From NCBI GenBank assembly GCA_963823665.1, contig CAWGMQ010000011.1:416001-480000 (forward strand): 64,000 bases of DNA. Direction: 5' to 3'. The DNA is from an uncultured Planctomycetota bacterium. GTDB lineage: Bacteria; Planctomycetota; Planctomycetia; Isosphaerales; Isosphaeraceae. The notes below the pieces were generated by a model. That model had not been told where the DNA came from and ran no database searches. It was given only the letters and a program-made list of their open reading frames with translations. Below are positions 41,944-55,918 of this stretch, piece after piece. Position numbers and translations under genes: made by a program. How positions within the stretch are numbered: the first letter of the stretch is position 1; each line of letters begins with the position of its first letter.

Positions 41944-42040
41944 CGGACCTGTCCCCGTTTCCCTGCTGCTGCTGTGTGCTGTGTGTGGTTTCCCTGCTGC
42001 TGCTGGTGTCCCCGTTTCCCTTGCCCTTGTTGGTGTCCCC
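41944..42040. repeat. Right-flank repeats of the RAYT, inverted relative to the left flank
   Basis: CGGACCTGTCCCCGTTT is the reverse complement of the left-flank AAACGGGG(T/A)CAGGTCCG. Iterated TGTCCCC and CCCTGCTGCTGCTG units follow. Confidence 0.8.
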
Positions 42041-42041
42041 C

Positions 42042-42911
42042 TACCGGGTGATGAGCCGGGCCGACCGCGACGCCCCGCCGGCGGCAGCGCCCCTGTGGGC
42101 GCGGGAACCCGCCCCGGCGACGGCCCCGGCACCGCTGCGGATCCTGGTGGCCGAGGACAACGAGTTGAACGCGCAGCTCGTGGAGCAGTTGCTCCTCCGG
42201 CGGGGCCACCGCGTGCGGCTGGCGAGCAACGGCCGGGAGGTGCTGGCCGTGGCGGAAGAGGACGCCTTCGACCTGCTGCTCCTGGACGTCCACATGCCGG
42301 AGCTGGACGGCTTTCACGTGGTCCAGACGGTTCGAGAACGGGAGCGTTTCGCGGGGGGCCATTTGCCCGTCATTGCCTTGACGGTGCGCATGCGCAACGA
42401 AGACCGCGAGCACTGCCTGGCGGCTGGCATGGACGATTTCCTCGCCAAGCCGATCGGCCCCGCGGAGCTCTTCGCGGCGATCGATCGGGTGTCGGCTGGC
42501 CGAACGCCGTCCGATTTGGCGCTTGCCGTGTCCACGGAGCCCGGAATCTTGGTCGACCCGGTTACACTGCTCGCGGCGTGCGACAACGATCCGGTGCTCC
42601 TGGATCACCTGATCCACATCTTTCGGAACAACGCACCGGGCTCCCTGGCCCGGGTTCAGGAGGCCATCACGCGGCAAGACCCGGCCCGCCTGCGGGAATC
42701 GGCTCACCAGTTGCGCGGCCTCCTCTCGACTTTCTCGCCGAAGGCCGCTCAGGACGCCGCCCTGCTCGAGGCGATGGGAGCCGGCGGCGAGCTCGGCGAT
42801 GCCGCCTCGTGTTTCAAGACGCTCGCCGATCTGATCGAGCGCCTCTGGCCACTCCTGGAAAACCTGCCGATCGACGAGCTGCGCCGCCGCTCGCGACGCC
42901 CCCTGGAGTAA
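42042..42911 (+). pseudogene. C-terminal fragment of a hybrid histidine kinase (receiver + Hpt)
   Basis: LRILVAEDNELN, LLLDVHMPELDG, GMDDFLAKP, Hpt AHQLRG. Begins with a linker (YRVMS...PAPATAPAP) directly after the RAYT flank, with no kinase core. Confidence 0.75.
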
Positions 42912-43403
42912 GCTCGAAGGCGGTATGACCGCCGCGGCCCAGACTCTAGAGGATGCCACCTCATGAACTCGCTAGCAGTTTCGCCATATCTCGTCGCGGC
43001 ATCTCGTTATTCGATTACTTCGCCGACGAACTCCAGCACGCCAATGTTTTACGTTTGCAGCCTGCCTGACATCGATCAGCAGTCGCAGTCGACTCGTCGC
43101 GAGTCTCTTGCAACGCCGCATGCCGCCGCGATCCGGAATTCAGGCCATTATTGATCGACGCCGAGCGGAATCAGATCCGTGGCTGGACGATGAACACGAT
43201 TGACGGCCCCGAGGTCGGTCTCGACTGCCCGAGGCCGTTCAGGCCGTCGCCATTCCAGCGTACGTTCGTCGCGGAAAGAGAACCATGTTGCCCAAAATCC
43301 TAGTCGCATTCGTGAAACGTTCCGGCATAGCGTCAGGAGTGGGGTCGCCGCCGCAGTCAAGGTTCGTCCGCCGTCTCGAACAACTGTTCCCGTACGTCGC
43401 GCC

Positions 43404-44069
43404 CTACCGCGTGACTCTCTTGCCGCAGGCATCGATCAACCACCATTCTCCTCCTTCCCAGAATGGAGGTGCGTCGTAGAACACACGAAGGGTTCCTCCC
43501 ATGTGAACCCTGGCTATGCCGCCCTGAAAGCTGTGTGCTTCGTTAAAGACGGGCTCGATTTGGTACTTGCCGGTCTTGTCGATGTAGCCCCAGGCGTCAC
43601 CTCGCCCATAGACAGTTGTTTTCTTGATTCGCACGGCGGCGAGCCCTTCACTGAAGTCGTGCGCTTCACCAAATCGTGGGCTGATCACCACTTTCCCCTC
43701 ATGGTCAATGTAACCGTATGATGAATTCTCATCGCTCTGGGCCTCACCGCCGCGCACGATGACCACCGCCAGCCCCTGATGAAACTGCTCCGCCCAGCCG
43801 TCCACGCTCAGAACTGCATTTCCTATTCGGTCAATGAAACGGGTGCGCCAGACCTCTCCCGGAAGGCTCCGATCGATATGCTCAGGCGCGAGTCCTTCAA
43901 GAAAATCGCCCGTTTCGGTTTGCGATCCTCCGCTGCCTGTGTGCCCCGAATCCGGGCTGTCGACAACGTGGGTGGGACCGACGAGAACAAGGGCCACGAC
44001 CAAGATCGTTCCCGTGGCTGCAACAAGAAAGCGGAATGCGATTTTCTTCAATGACACGCCTGATATCAC
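43404..44069 (-). CDS. WG-repeat (KWG-like) protein with N-terminal membrane anchor
   Basis: FHQGLAVV..YGYIDHEGKVVISPRF..FSEGLAAV..WGYIDKTG..FQGGIARV. Confidence 0.82.
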   Translation of the reverse strand: MISGVSLKKIAFRFLVAATGTILVVALVLVGPTHVVDSPDSGHTGSGGSQTETGDFLEGLAPEHIDRSLPGEVWRTRFIDRIGNAVLSVDGWAEQFHQGLAVVIVRGGEAQSDENSSYGYIDHEGKVVISPRFGEAHDFSEGLAAVRIKKTTVYGRGDAWGYIDKTGKYQIEPVFNEAHSFQGGIARVHMGGTLRVFYDAPPFWEGGEWWLIDACGKRVTR

Positions 44070-44258
44070 TTACACGGAAAAGTGGCAACGGCGAGCCTCA
44101 TAGCCCCGCCGTGGTCCACCTTTCATCTTGTTCATCGGCTGAATGCCGGTTTTACCTGGCTCATGGCGCATTCGCTGTGATATTCCGCCATATTCTCAAC
44201 CGAGGGCGTATCCGTCAATGTTCGCGTAAGTTGTGGTTCTGCAAGGCGATGTCTTCAA

Positions 44259-44681
44259 TGACCGGGGAGGGGCTCGAACCCTCGACCAACGGATTAACCT
44301 ACCTCATCGGCTTTCGCCGACCGCGTGGAATCGAGTACCGGGTGCTTTCGGGTGCAGCGGCAATCGAATCTGGCGTTGAAAGTCTGGACTATACCATCGC
44401 CATCGCAGGCGTGCCGCGTCTAGTCTCTGAGGCTGAGACCGATCAAGGACCGGACTCTTGCCTGCTGATTACCCAATCCGCCCACTTTTCAAACCGTCGC
44501 GCTTGCCGTTACCGGCTTCGCTGTGGTGCAGGCGGCTCTCAGGGCGTTCCAGCAAATTGCGGCATTCACTCGTCGCGGTTCGGCTTCTTCCCGCGCGAGG
44601 CTCCTGAGCTTCGATCTCCCTTGGTACTTACCTGACTGCTCCCTGTGAAGTCCGTTGCTCTACCGACTGAGCTACCCGGTC
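44259..44681 (-). tRNA. trnK: tRNA-Lys(UUU), intron-containing. 5' exon 44681-44648, 3' exon 44297-44259, CCA not encoded.
   Basis: Spliced sequence GACCGGG TA GCTC AGTCGGTA GAGC A ACGGA CTT^TTAA TCCGT TGGTC GAGGG TTCGAGC CCCTC CCCGGTC A forms a perfect cloverleaf with discriminator A73. Confidence 0.9.
44298..44647 (-). ncRNA. Group I self-splicing intron (350 nt, no ORF), probably subgroup IC with a P5abc extension
   Basis: P AATTTGCTGGAAC, Q AATCAGCAGG, R CCTCAGAGACTAGA, S ATGGTATAGTCC. Pairings P3 TGCCGC/GCGGCA, P4 TGCTG/CAGCA, P7 GACTA/TAGTC. Preceded by U and ends in G. Confidence 0.93.
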
Positions 44682-44953
44682 TACGGACATACAGATTAAG
44701 GCAGCGAACCGCGCACGTCCAGCCAGGACCGATCTGACACCCTCGCGCTGGATGATGTACACGGCGTGACGCGGGGGCTAGAATGAGTGCGTGGCAGGAG
44801 GTCTCGCTGCAAGCGGCGATGCAGGCGGCCGGTTCCGCGGCCCGGATCCGAGGGGCGTGGGGCCGACTCACTGAGCCCGCACGCGGACGGTTCGGCCCGT
44901 GAATTTCGTTCCGTGCCGGAGAACGCACGCCCCCAACGCTCGAGGGAGACTTG

Positions 44954-49117
<4,164 letters not shown>

Positions 49118-49137
49118 CGTGGGCGCTCGTGAGCGGG

Positions 49138-50978
49138 TGGCAGCCTTCGCTTCCAGGGCGAGATCCAGCGGCGCCTCGGGTTCCGGCAGGAATGCAGCTC
49201 GGTCTCGGGCAGGGCCTCCGAGTGTGCGATCACACGCTCACCGGGCTCGAGGCCTCTCACGACCTCGGCGAAATCGGCGTCGGTTACCCCCAGCGCGATG
49301 GGCCGCCATTCCCAGTCTTCACCGGTCGTCGACACCAGCGTCGCGGCGTAGGACCTGTCGCCGACCCATCGAACGGCCTCGAGCGGGATTCGCGTCACAT
49401 CGTGCCGTGTCTCGATCAGGAAATCCAGCTCGGCGGAAAGGCCGGTGGTCATCTCGTCGAATCCCCCGGATTCGATGCGAACGATGGCGAAGAAGCTGCG
49501 GACGTCCGGAGAGGCCGCACCGGCAGACGATGGAATCGGGACAATCTGCGCCACGCTGCCCTGGAGCGGCTGCTCGGGAAACGCCTCGAGATGGATCATC
49601 ACGGGCAACCCGGGCCGGATGCGCGCGACCTGCGACTCGTTGATCCTGGCCCTCACCTGGATGTGGTGCGAGTCAAGGAGGCGGAAGATCGGCTGCATGG
49701 TATGAACGATCAGTCCCTCGCGAATCTGGTTATCGCTTGTTGCAGAGCCGTACGGCGGGTTGGCGTAGACGACGGTTCCGTCGCGCGGCGCCCGCAAGGT
49801 GCAGTTTGCGACCATGGTTTCGATTCGCTTGAGTCGCTGGTGCTCCAGCCGGAAGGACCACTCGAGAGACAGCAAGTCGGCCCGGATCGCCTCGATTCTG
49901 GCGCGGCGAGCTTTGAGGATGCGTTTGCCGGTGTATTTCTCGAGCTGCTCGAGCATCCCCTCGGCATTGCGGAGAGCGATCGTTGCCTGCTCGACCAGCG
50001 CCTTATCGGCGTTGACCTGGGTCTCGGTACGAAAACCCTTTCTGAAAGCCCGGCGCGACCAGTCGAGGTTGCGAGCGGCCTGTTCTTTCTCGATCCGGCG
50101 AATGGCGATATTCTGCCGAACCAGCTCGATGTCCTGCGGGAGCAGGCCGGCTTCATACTCCCGAAGCGCGATCATGTCGGCCTCGAGAACATATTTCGCC
50201 TGCTCGACCCACGCTTTGGCTTGCGCGTTCGAAGCTGCTGTACGGTGAGCGCATCGCGCAAAGCCGATGAATCGAGCTCGCACACAACCTCGCCGGCCTT
50301 GACGTGGGTTCCCTCGTCCAGGATCGAAATGATCGAGAGCGGCGCGGGAGCCGTCGTCGCCATCACACCCAGATCAGGGAGCGTCGAACGCAGCGGAACG
50401 TGCGGCTCGACGACATAATCAAAGCTGCGGATTGCAGACCGGCTCAGGGAGCCCGTTGAGTCGAATGTCGCCGCCGGACTCGAAAACGCGAGGGCCGACG
50501 ATCCGGCGGCCGGGTTCGATCCCGGCAACTTCGAGTCCGAGACTCTCCCCGGCGCCGTGCCGGAGGGCGCCGCCAGCCTGGCCTTCGAGGTACTGAGCGT
50601 TTTGGCGACGGCCGCGAGTGCTGTTTCCCTGGGTTGTGTCGCGGAAGATCCGCCGCCGATCCTCCTGCCCGCTCGAGGCGACGGAGACGGGGATGCTCCC
50701 GCGGGCGGTGCACCGACTGGGAGACCCAGAAGCGACTCGACGCGGCAGCGCACCACGTCATCCACCGAGCTTTCGAGAACGCCGTTCTCGGTGACGACGA
50801 GTGAAACGTCGCCCTGGTCGACCTCGACCGTCGCCACCTCCGGTGCCGATTCGCGTGGCAATGGTCCGCCCCGGCGTTCCAGAAACAAGGCAAGACAGAG
50901 GGCGGAGAGCACGGCCGCCGCGAGCCATCCTCGCGCGCCTCGCATGCCGTGCGCGTTGGTATTTTGACCTGTTGACAT
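49138..50978 (-). CDS. HlyD/MacA-like efflux periplasmic adaptor, frameshift near 50230 (3' end uncertain)
   Basis: N-terminal TM, VTENGVLES, EGTHVKAGEVVCELD, coiled coil, LRAPRDGTVVY, INESQV, GLEPGERV. Confidence 0.8.
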
Positions 50979-51351
50979 TCCCGATCACTCCATGAAGAGC
51001 TACGAGTCAGAAGCGAATCCGTTCAAGCGCGGCAACGAGAGAGCGTCTTGCTCACGGCAAGGTGCTGACGCCGGCAGGCCTCTGGCGAGCTGACGAATAT
51101 CCAGGTCTCGCTCGACGGTCTATGGGCGGGCGATGTCTCGAGAGGGCGTCAGGAGCCCCTGGCGGGCAAAAGGGTGTCGTCGGCACGAGGGACGAGCAAC
51201 CTTCTTGAACCAAAGTTAAACATTTTCCGGCTCATTTGTCAAACGAATGTTTAACGGGAGCGGGATGATAGCGGGTTCACTTCTCCAGTGGACCTCCGCA
51301 GGTGTCGGTACGACGATTTGATCCCGTCATCTTGAACGGATCGCGAAGTGA

Positions 51352-51409
51352 CCCGTCGAGCGGGCCGCTACGTCTGCATCCCCGTCGGGCGGGCCGCTAC
51401 GTCTGGATC
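51352..51409 (+). repeat. 29-bp tandem duplication at the end of the DUF1501 remnant
   Basis: CCCGTCGAGCGGGCCGCTACGTCTGCATC followed by CCCGTCGGGCGGGCCGCTACGTCTGGATC (27/29 identical). Confidence 0.85.
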
Positions 51410-51636
51410 ACGGGAAGCGGGTCGAACCGCCCTCCGAGCGCGCCGGCCGCCGGCAGCGCCAGCCAGTCCTGGAGCACGGCGGCGTAAATCCGCCGGACGT
51501 CGACCGCCATCTTCAGGTCGCCGTCCTCGAGGTCGAGGAGGCTCGGGGTGTCACCGGCCAAACCGGCTCGCAGATGCTTCCCGACGAGGAAGACGGGCCC
51601 GGCCGTGCCGTGGTCCGTCCCGCCCAAGGCGTTCAA
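51397..51636 (-). pseudogene. C-terminal remnant of a DUF1501-family gene
   Basis: GTDHGTAGPVFLVG...PSLLDLEDGDLKMAVDVRRIYAAVLQDWL. The N-terminal part of the family protein is absent. Confidence 0.8.
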
Positions 51637-51639
51637 AGC

Positions 51640-52674
51640 GATCCTTTCGTCCGGGGATCGGGGTCAAGCGAGTTGAGCTTCGGGCGACGACAGGATCAGG
51701 GCGACCGCCCGCCGCTCGGATTCGGAGAGAGACGGCGAGCCTGGTGAGCCGATCGCGCCAGCCCGCGCCGGGATCGGCCCCCAGCAGGATTTCCACCAGC
51801 GATCTGACCACCCGATCGAGGCTCAACGCGCCGCTGGCCGGCCCGGTCAGGCGGAGTGCATCCGGGGGCTCGGCCAGGCCGAGCTCGCGTCCGGAGGCCA
51901 GCGCCGTCGCGAAGTTCATCCGGGCGATCATCCCGCGCGAGCTGAGCCAGGACCGCCCCCCGGCCCAGCCGCCGACGTTCGGAGGGTCGAACAGGTCCTG
52001 GCCCATCCGGGTCGCCCATCCGGCCAGCACCAGCGGGTTCGGCGCCGGCTCGAGGCAACCCAGCGCCCGCACCGCGCCGACGACGAACTCGACCGGCCCC
52101 ACGACCCGCGTGCCGAGGTTCGCCGCCGCGAAGAAGGCGCGCAATCGCAGGATCATCGCGACGCCCCAGCCGCTGTCGAGGTGATGCGCCCGCAATCCCT
52201 CCGCCAGCTCGTCCAGGTCCTGCGAGCGGACGCTCGCCTCGCCCATCTGCGAAACAGGTCGTTCTGCCGCCGCATGGCGGCCAGGTCGTTGACCTTCTGG
52301 TTGCCGGTGGCGAAGTGATTGTGCCACAAGAGCGCGAGCCGCTCGCCCAGCGGGTCGGGGCCGAGCAGCATGCGGAAGACCCACCACGCCTTGAGGCGGT
52401 CCGGATCGCCGGTCGCGACCGCCGCCTCGGCGATCGCCGCCGAGGCACGTTCGAATTCGGCAACGGCCCCCGCGGGGCGTATCCGGCCGGCCAGGAGCCG
52501 GTCGACACTCGCCTCCGCGCCATCCTCCAGGTCGCGCCGCAGCTCCGCGCCGGTTGCGGCGAACCCCGCCCGGCGGTGGAGGTGGACGACGCGGCGGAGG
52601 TCCCAGGGCGTTTCGGGCGTCGGCCGGTAAGGGGCCCAGTAGCTCCCCGCGAGTCTGTTGTCGGGATGACTCAT
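51640..52674 (-). pseudogene. DUF1800-family gene with a large internal deletion
   Basis: HLHRRAGFAA..ERLALLWHNHFAT..QNDLFRR joins, with a frame change near 52240, directly to late-domain motifs PVEFVVGAVRAL..MGQDLFDPPNVGGW..RMNFA. The central region is missing. Confidence 0.8.
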
Positions 52675-52696
52675 GGTCCACGCTCCGGTCGTCAGT

Positions 52697-55615
52697 TCAA
52701 TCCTCGGCCGTGAAGTCGCCCAGCTCCTTGACTTCGCCCGCCCGCGTGCTCACGTCCGCGGCCACCCTGCCAGCGAACCGGCCGTCCTGAAAGACTTTCA
52801 GGCTGTATTTCAGGCCCGGGACCAGTCCGGAGAACCGGAACCGCCCGTCCTTGTCGGTCCTCATGGACGAGGGGAGGGCCCCCTTCTCGAGCGCCTTATC
52901 CTCTTCCTCGAAGAGGATCGGGCGGTTGCAGTTCAACAGGGCCCCGGCCTGCGGCAGGCCGCCGCGATCGACGAGCCGGCCGGACCAGGTCCCGCACGGT
53001 TCGAGCTTGACGGTCAGGGGGCCCGCCTCGTCGGGCTTGACCACATAGGCCCCGGCGAGGTGCTTCGCCTCGTGATAGAAGAGCAGCCCGCGCTTCCGCT
53101 CGGTTCCGAGCGCGTGCACCTCGAACTCGGCCGTGGGAAGCGGTCGCTCGGACCATGCTCCCTGGACGTCGTCCTCCGCGCCCGTCATCAGGGCGCCGGC
53201 CACCGGCTCGCCGTCGGGGCCGACGAGCTTGCCCTTGAGCGTCCGGCCGCGGTCGAGCCCGATGTCGACCGTGACCGACTCTTCCCCTGGCCTCGGATCG
53301 ATCTCGACGAGGGTGTTGAAGTTCGCCGGAATGATCGGGCGGGGTAGCGCAGGGACCACCGCGAGCCCCCGCGAGTTCAGCCCCTTGATGTTTTCGAGCC
53401 CGGCTCCCAGCCGGTAGGGACCTGCGGACCAAGGCACCAGGATGCCCCGGCCGGGGATGACCGCGATCTGGAATTCACCGTTCTCATCGGTTTGGAAGGG
53501 CCGAGCCGACGGTACGGGCCGTACTCCGGGTAGTCCTTCACGTGCGGATTGTCCTCGAGGATGAAGTAATCGAGTTCCGCAGGGACCGGCCTGCCGGTCG
53601 AGCGATCGATGACCCGCCCGTGCGCCCAGGCGCCGCGCCGCAGGGCGAAGTCCTTGCGGACCGAGGCCGGCCCGGGTGCTTCGCCGACGTGCTGGAGCGA
53701 CCCGACGTAGGGCGGCCCCTCCTTCGCGCAGGCCAGGAGGTCCTGGTCGTGGCCCAAGGTGTCCTTCAGGGGTAAACCCGAGAGCCGGTAATCGCCCCGT
53801 GCGTCGGTGGTCGTCTTGAAGAAGCGGAACGGATCACCGAAGGGCGGTATCGTCGTCTGCACGGTGATGCCGGCCAGTGGCCGGCCGCTGTCCTTGTCGC
53901 GGACCGTCCCGACGATCTCGAGGCCGGGGCCGGCCGCGAGCTCGGGCGCTGCGCCGTGATACACGACGTCGCGTCCGGGATTGTGGGAGGGGGACGCTTC
54001 CAGGACGTGGACTTTCACCGCCGCCACGTCCCGGGTCGCGGCGTACTCGAAGAGTGTCTCGATGCCCGGACCGCCGACGAGCAACGCGGCGATCCGCTCG
54101 CGGCCGACCCCCTTGAGCGTGAACCGTCCCTCGCGGTCGGCCACGACGGCGGGGAACAGCCCCGGGATGTCGCCGCCGGACCATGATCGGAGCGTCCTGG
54201 ACTGGGCCGGGTAGGCGGCCCTGCTCCCTCTTCAGGGCATCGAGCCACTCGTCGAGCGTGCCGGAGTTGGGCCGGAGGATGCCGACGAGCTGGACCGTGG
54301 CCCCGGCGACGGGCCGGCCCTGGATGTCGATCACCCGCCCTCGGATCGGCACGTCGTCCTTGGCGAGGCGGAGCACCGGCGCGGCGTCGCCGCCCGCCGG
54401 CTCCAGGAACGCCGGCCCGTACCCCTCGGCCATGGCCACGAGCTGGGCCGATGGGTCCCGAGCGGCCTTCACGTCCCCCGGCGACAGGCGGAACGAGCCG
54501 TCGGGGTCCGTGCGGGTCAGCAGGACCGCGGCCTTCGTCCGGCGGCCGACTGCATTCCGCAAGGCATCACCGAGGGGATCGGGCTCGGGGTGGGATCGGT
54601 ACACGGTCGCCCCCGCGACGGGCTTGCCGTCGGGGTCGAGCACCCGGACGGTCACCGTCGCGCCGGAGTTCGGCTGCACCGGCGTCTGCGTGGCCGAAGG
54701 TAGCCGGGATTCCGCTGGCCGCCCTCCGGCCACCGGCGAGGAACGCTTCATCGGCTGTTGGTCTTGGGTGGCCGTCACGCCGGCAATACCCCAGCCAATT
54801 CCCGCGGCAGCCAACAACGCAACCGCTCCCAGCTTCAACTTGGTCATGAGCATCGTCCTTAGCACCTCCCGGCAGAGGGCGGCCGTCGATGCCGAGACCA
54901 TCCCCGCCGCCGCCCGCGATGCGGAGTAAGTCGTCCGCTCAATCAGAGCCCTCGGTACAATCTCCGCAGAGGCGCGTTCGTGGAGTAGCGCCGCCAATGC
55001 GACAGCCGGCTCGAATCCGCGACGGACGAGCCTGGAGCGGAGCAGCTCCTTGGCGCGCCCCAGTCGCCCGCGAACTGAGCCCTCGGTCCAGCCGAGCTGG
55101 GCCGCGGCTTCCGCCCTGGTCCGCCCCTCCAGCACGCAAAGCACGACCGGCAGGCGATAGGTCGCAGGGAGCCGGTCGATCTCATCATAGATCTCTGGCC
55201 ATCGGTCGTCGTGAGTCATATCGATAACGGCCTCGACCGCCCTCAACTCGGCTGCCCTCCGTTCGTGACTTCTCCTGCGAGCTGCCGCGCGGTTGGCGAG
55301 GAGACAGACCCGACGCGCCACGCCGTAAAGCCACCCCCCCAAGGAGTCGCGCCCCCGTACCGACGCGGGCCGCCGGGCGAGGACCAGGAACGTGGCCTGG
55401 AACGCGTCATCGACCTCGCCGGGATTCTTGAGCGACCGGCGGCAGACCGCCAACACCATCGGCGCGTGCCGCTCGACCAACATCGTGAAGGCGTCCTCGT
55501 CCCGGTGTGAGAGGAATCGCTCCAGCAGTTGGCCGTCCGCCAGGCCGACGAACGAGCCCTCGGTGAACAGCCGGTCGAGATGCCCCAGGGCGGTCTGAAG
55601 TCTTGAAATAGCCAT
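52697..55615 (-). CDS. ECF sigma factor fused to a long C-terminal extension (TM + carboxypeptidase-regulatory-like repeats), frameshifts near 54215 and 53490
   Basis: DGQLLERF..DEDAF..RHAPMV..DDAFQATFLVL, region 4 EGRTRAEAAAQLGW. Repeated GRVID..GRPV, TDARG and PGLKY beta modules across three ORFs. Confidence 0.88.
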
Positions 55616-55918
55616 CGCCAATGAGTCCTCGGTGCGCCAACAAGCCGCACTGCCCATGATGTTGCCGGCGACGGCCTGAATGGCACGGTTTTTTTTCGAC
55701 GATCATTTTGGAGTGTGAGTGGAAGTTATGCCCGCACATCAATCATCCTAACCGTTCACGAGCTGCCGAAACCTCTGCTGACCACGCACCGACGCACGTG
55801 GCGATGCGGCGTCATCTGCGGCTTGCTGCTGCACGGTAGCTGCAGTCTAGCGGCCGATGAAGAGCAAGAACGCGCAGCCCCATGGCGTGACTGCCCAGGC
55901 GCTGCGCGGCCGTGACGC

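Noticed and set aside
44036..44928. ORFs 44036-44635 (+) and 44566-44928 (-) as proteins or an intron homing endonuclease
   Set aside because: They overlap the tRNA and ribozyme core and show no LAGLIDADG, GIY-YIG or HNH motifs.
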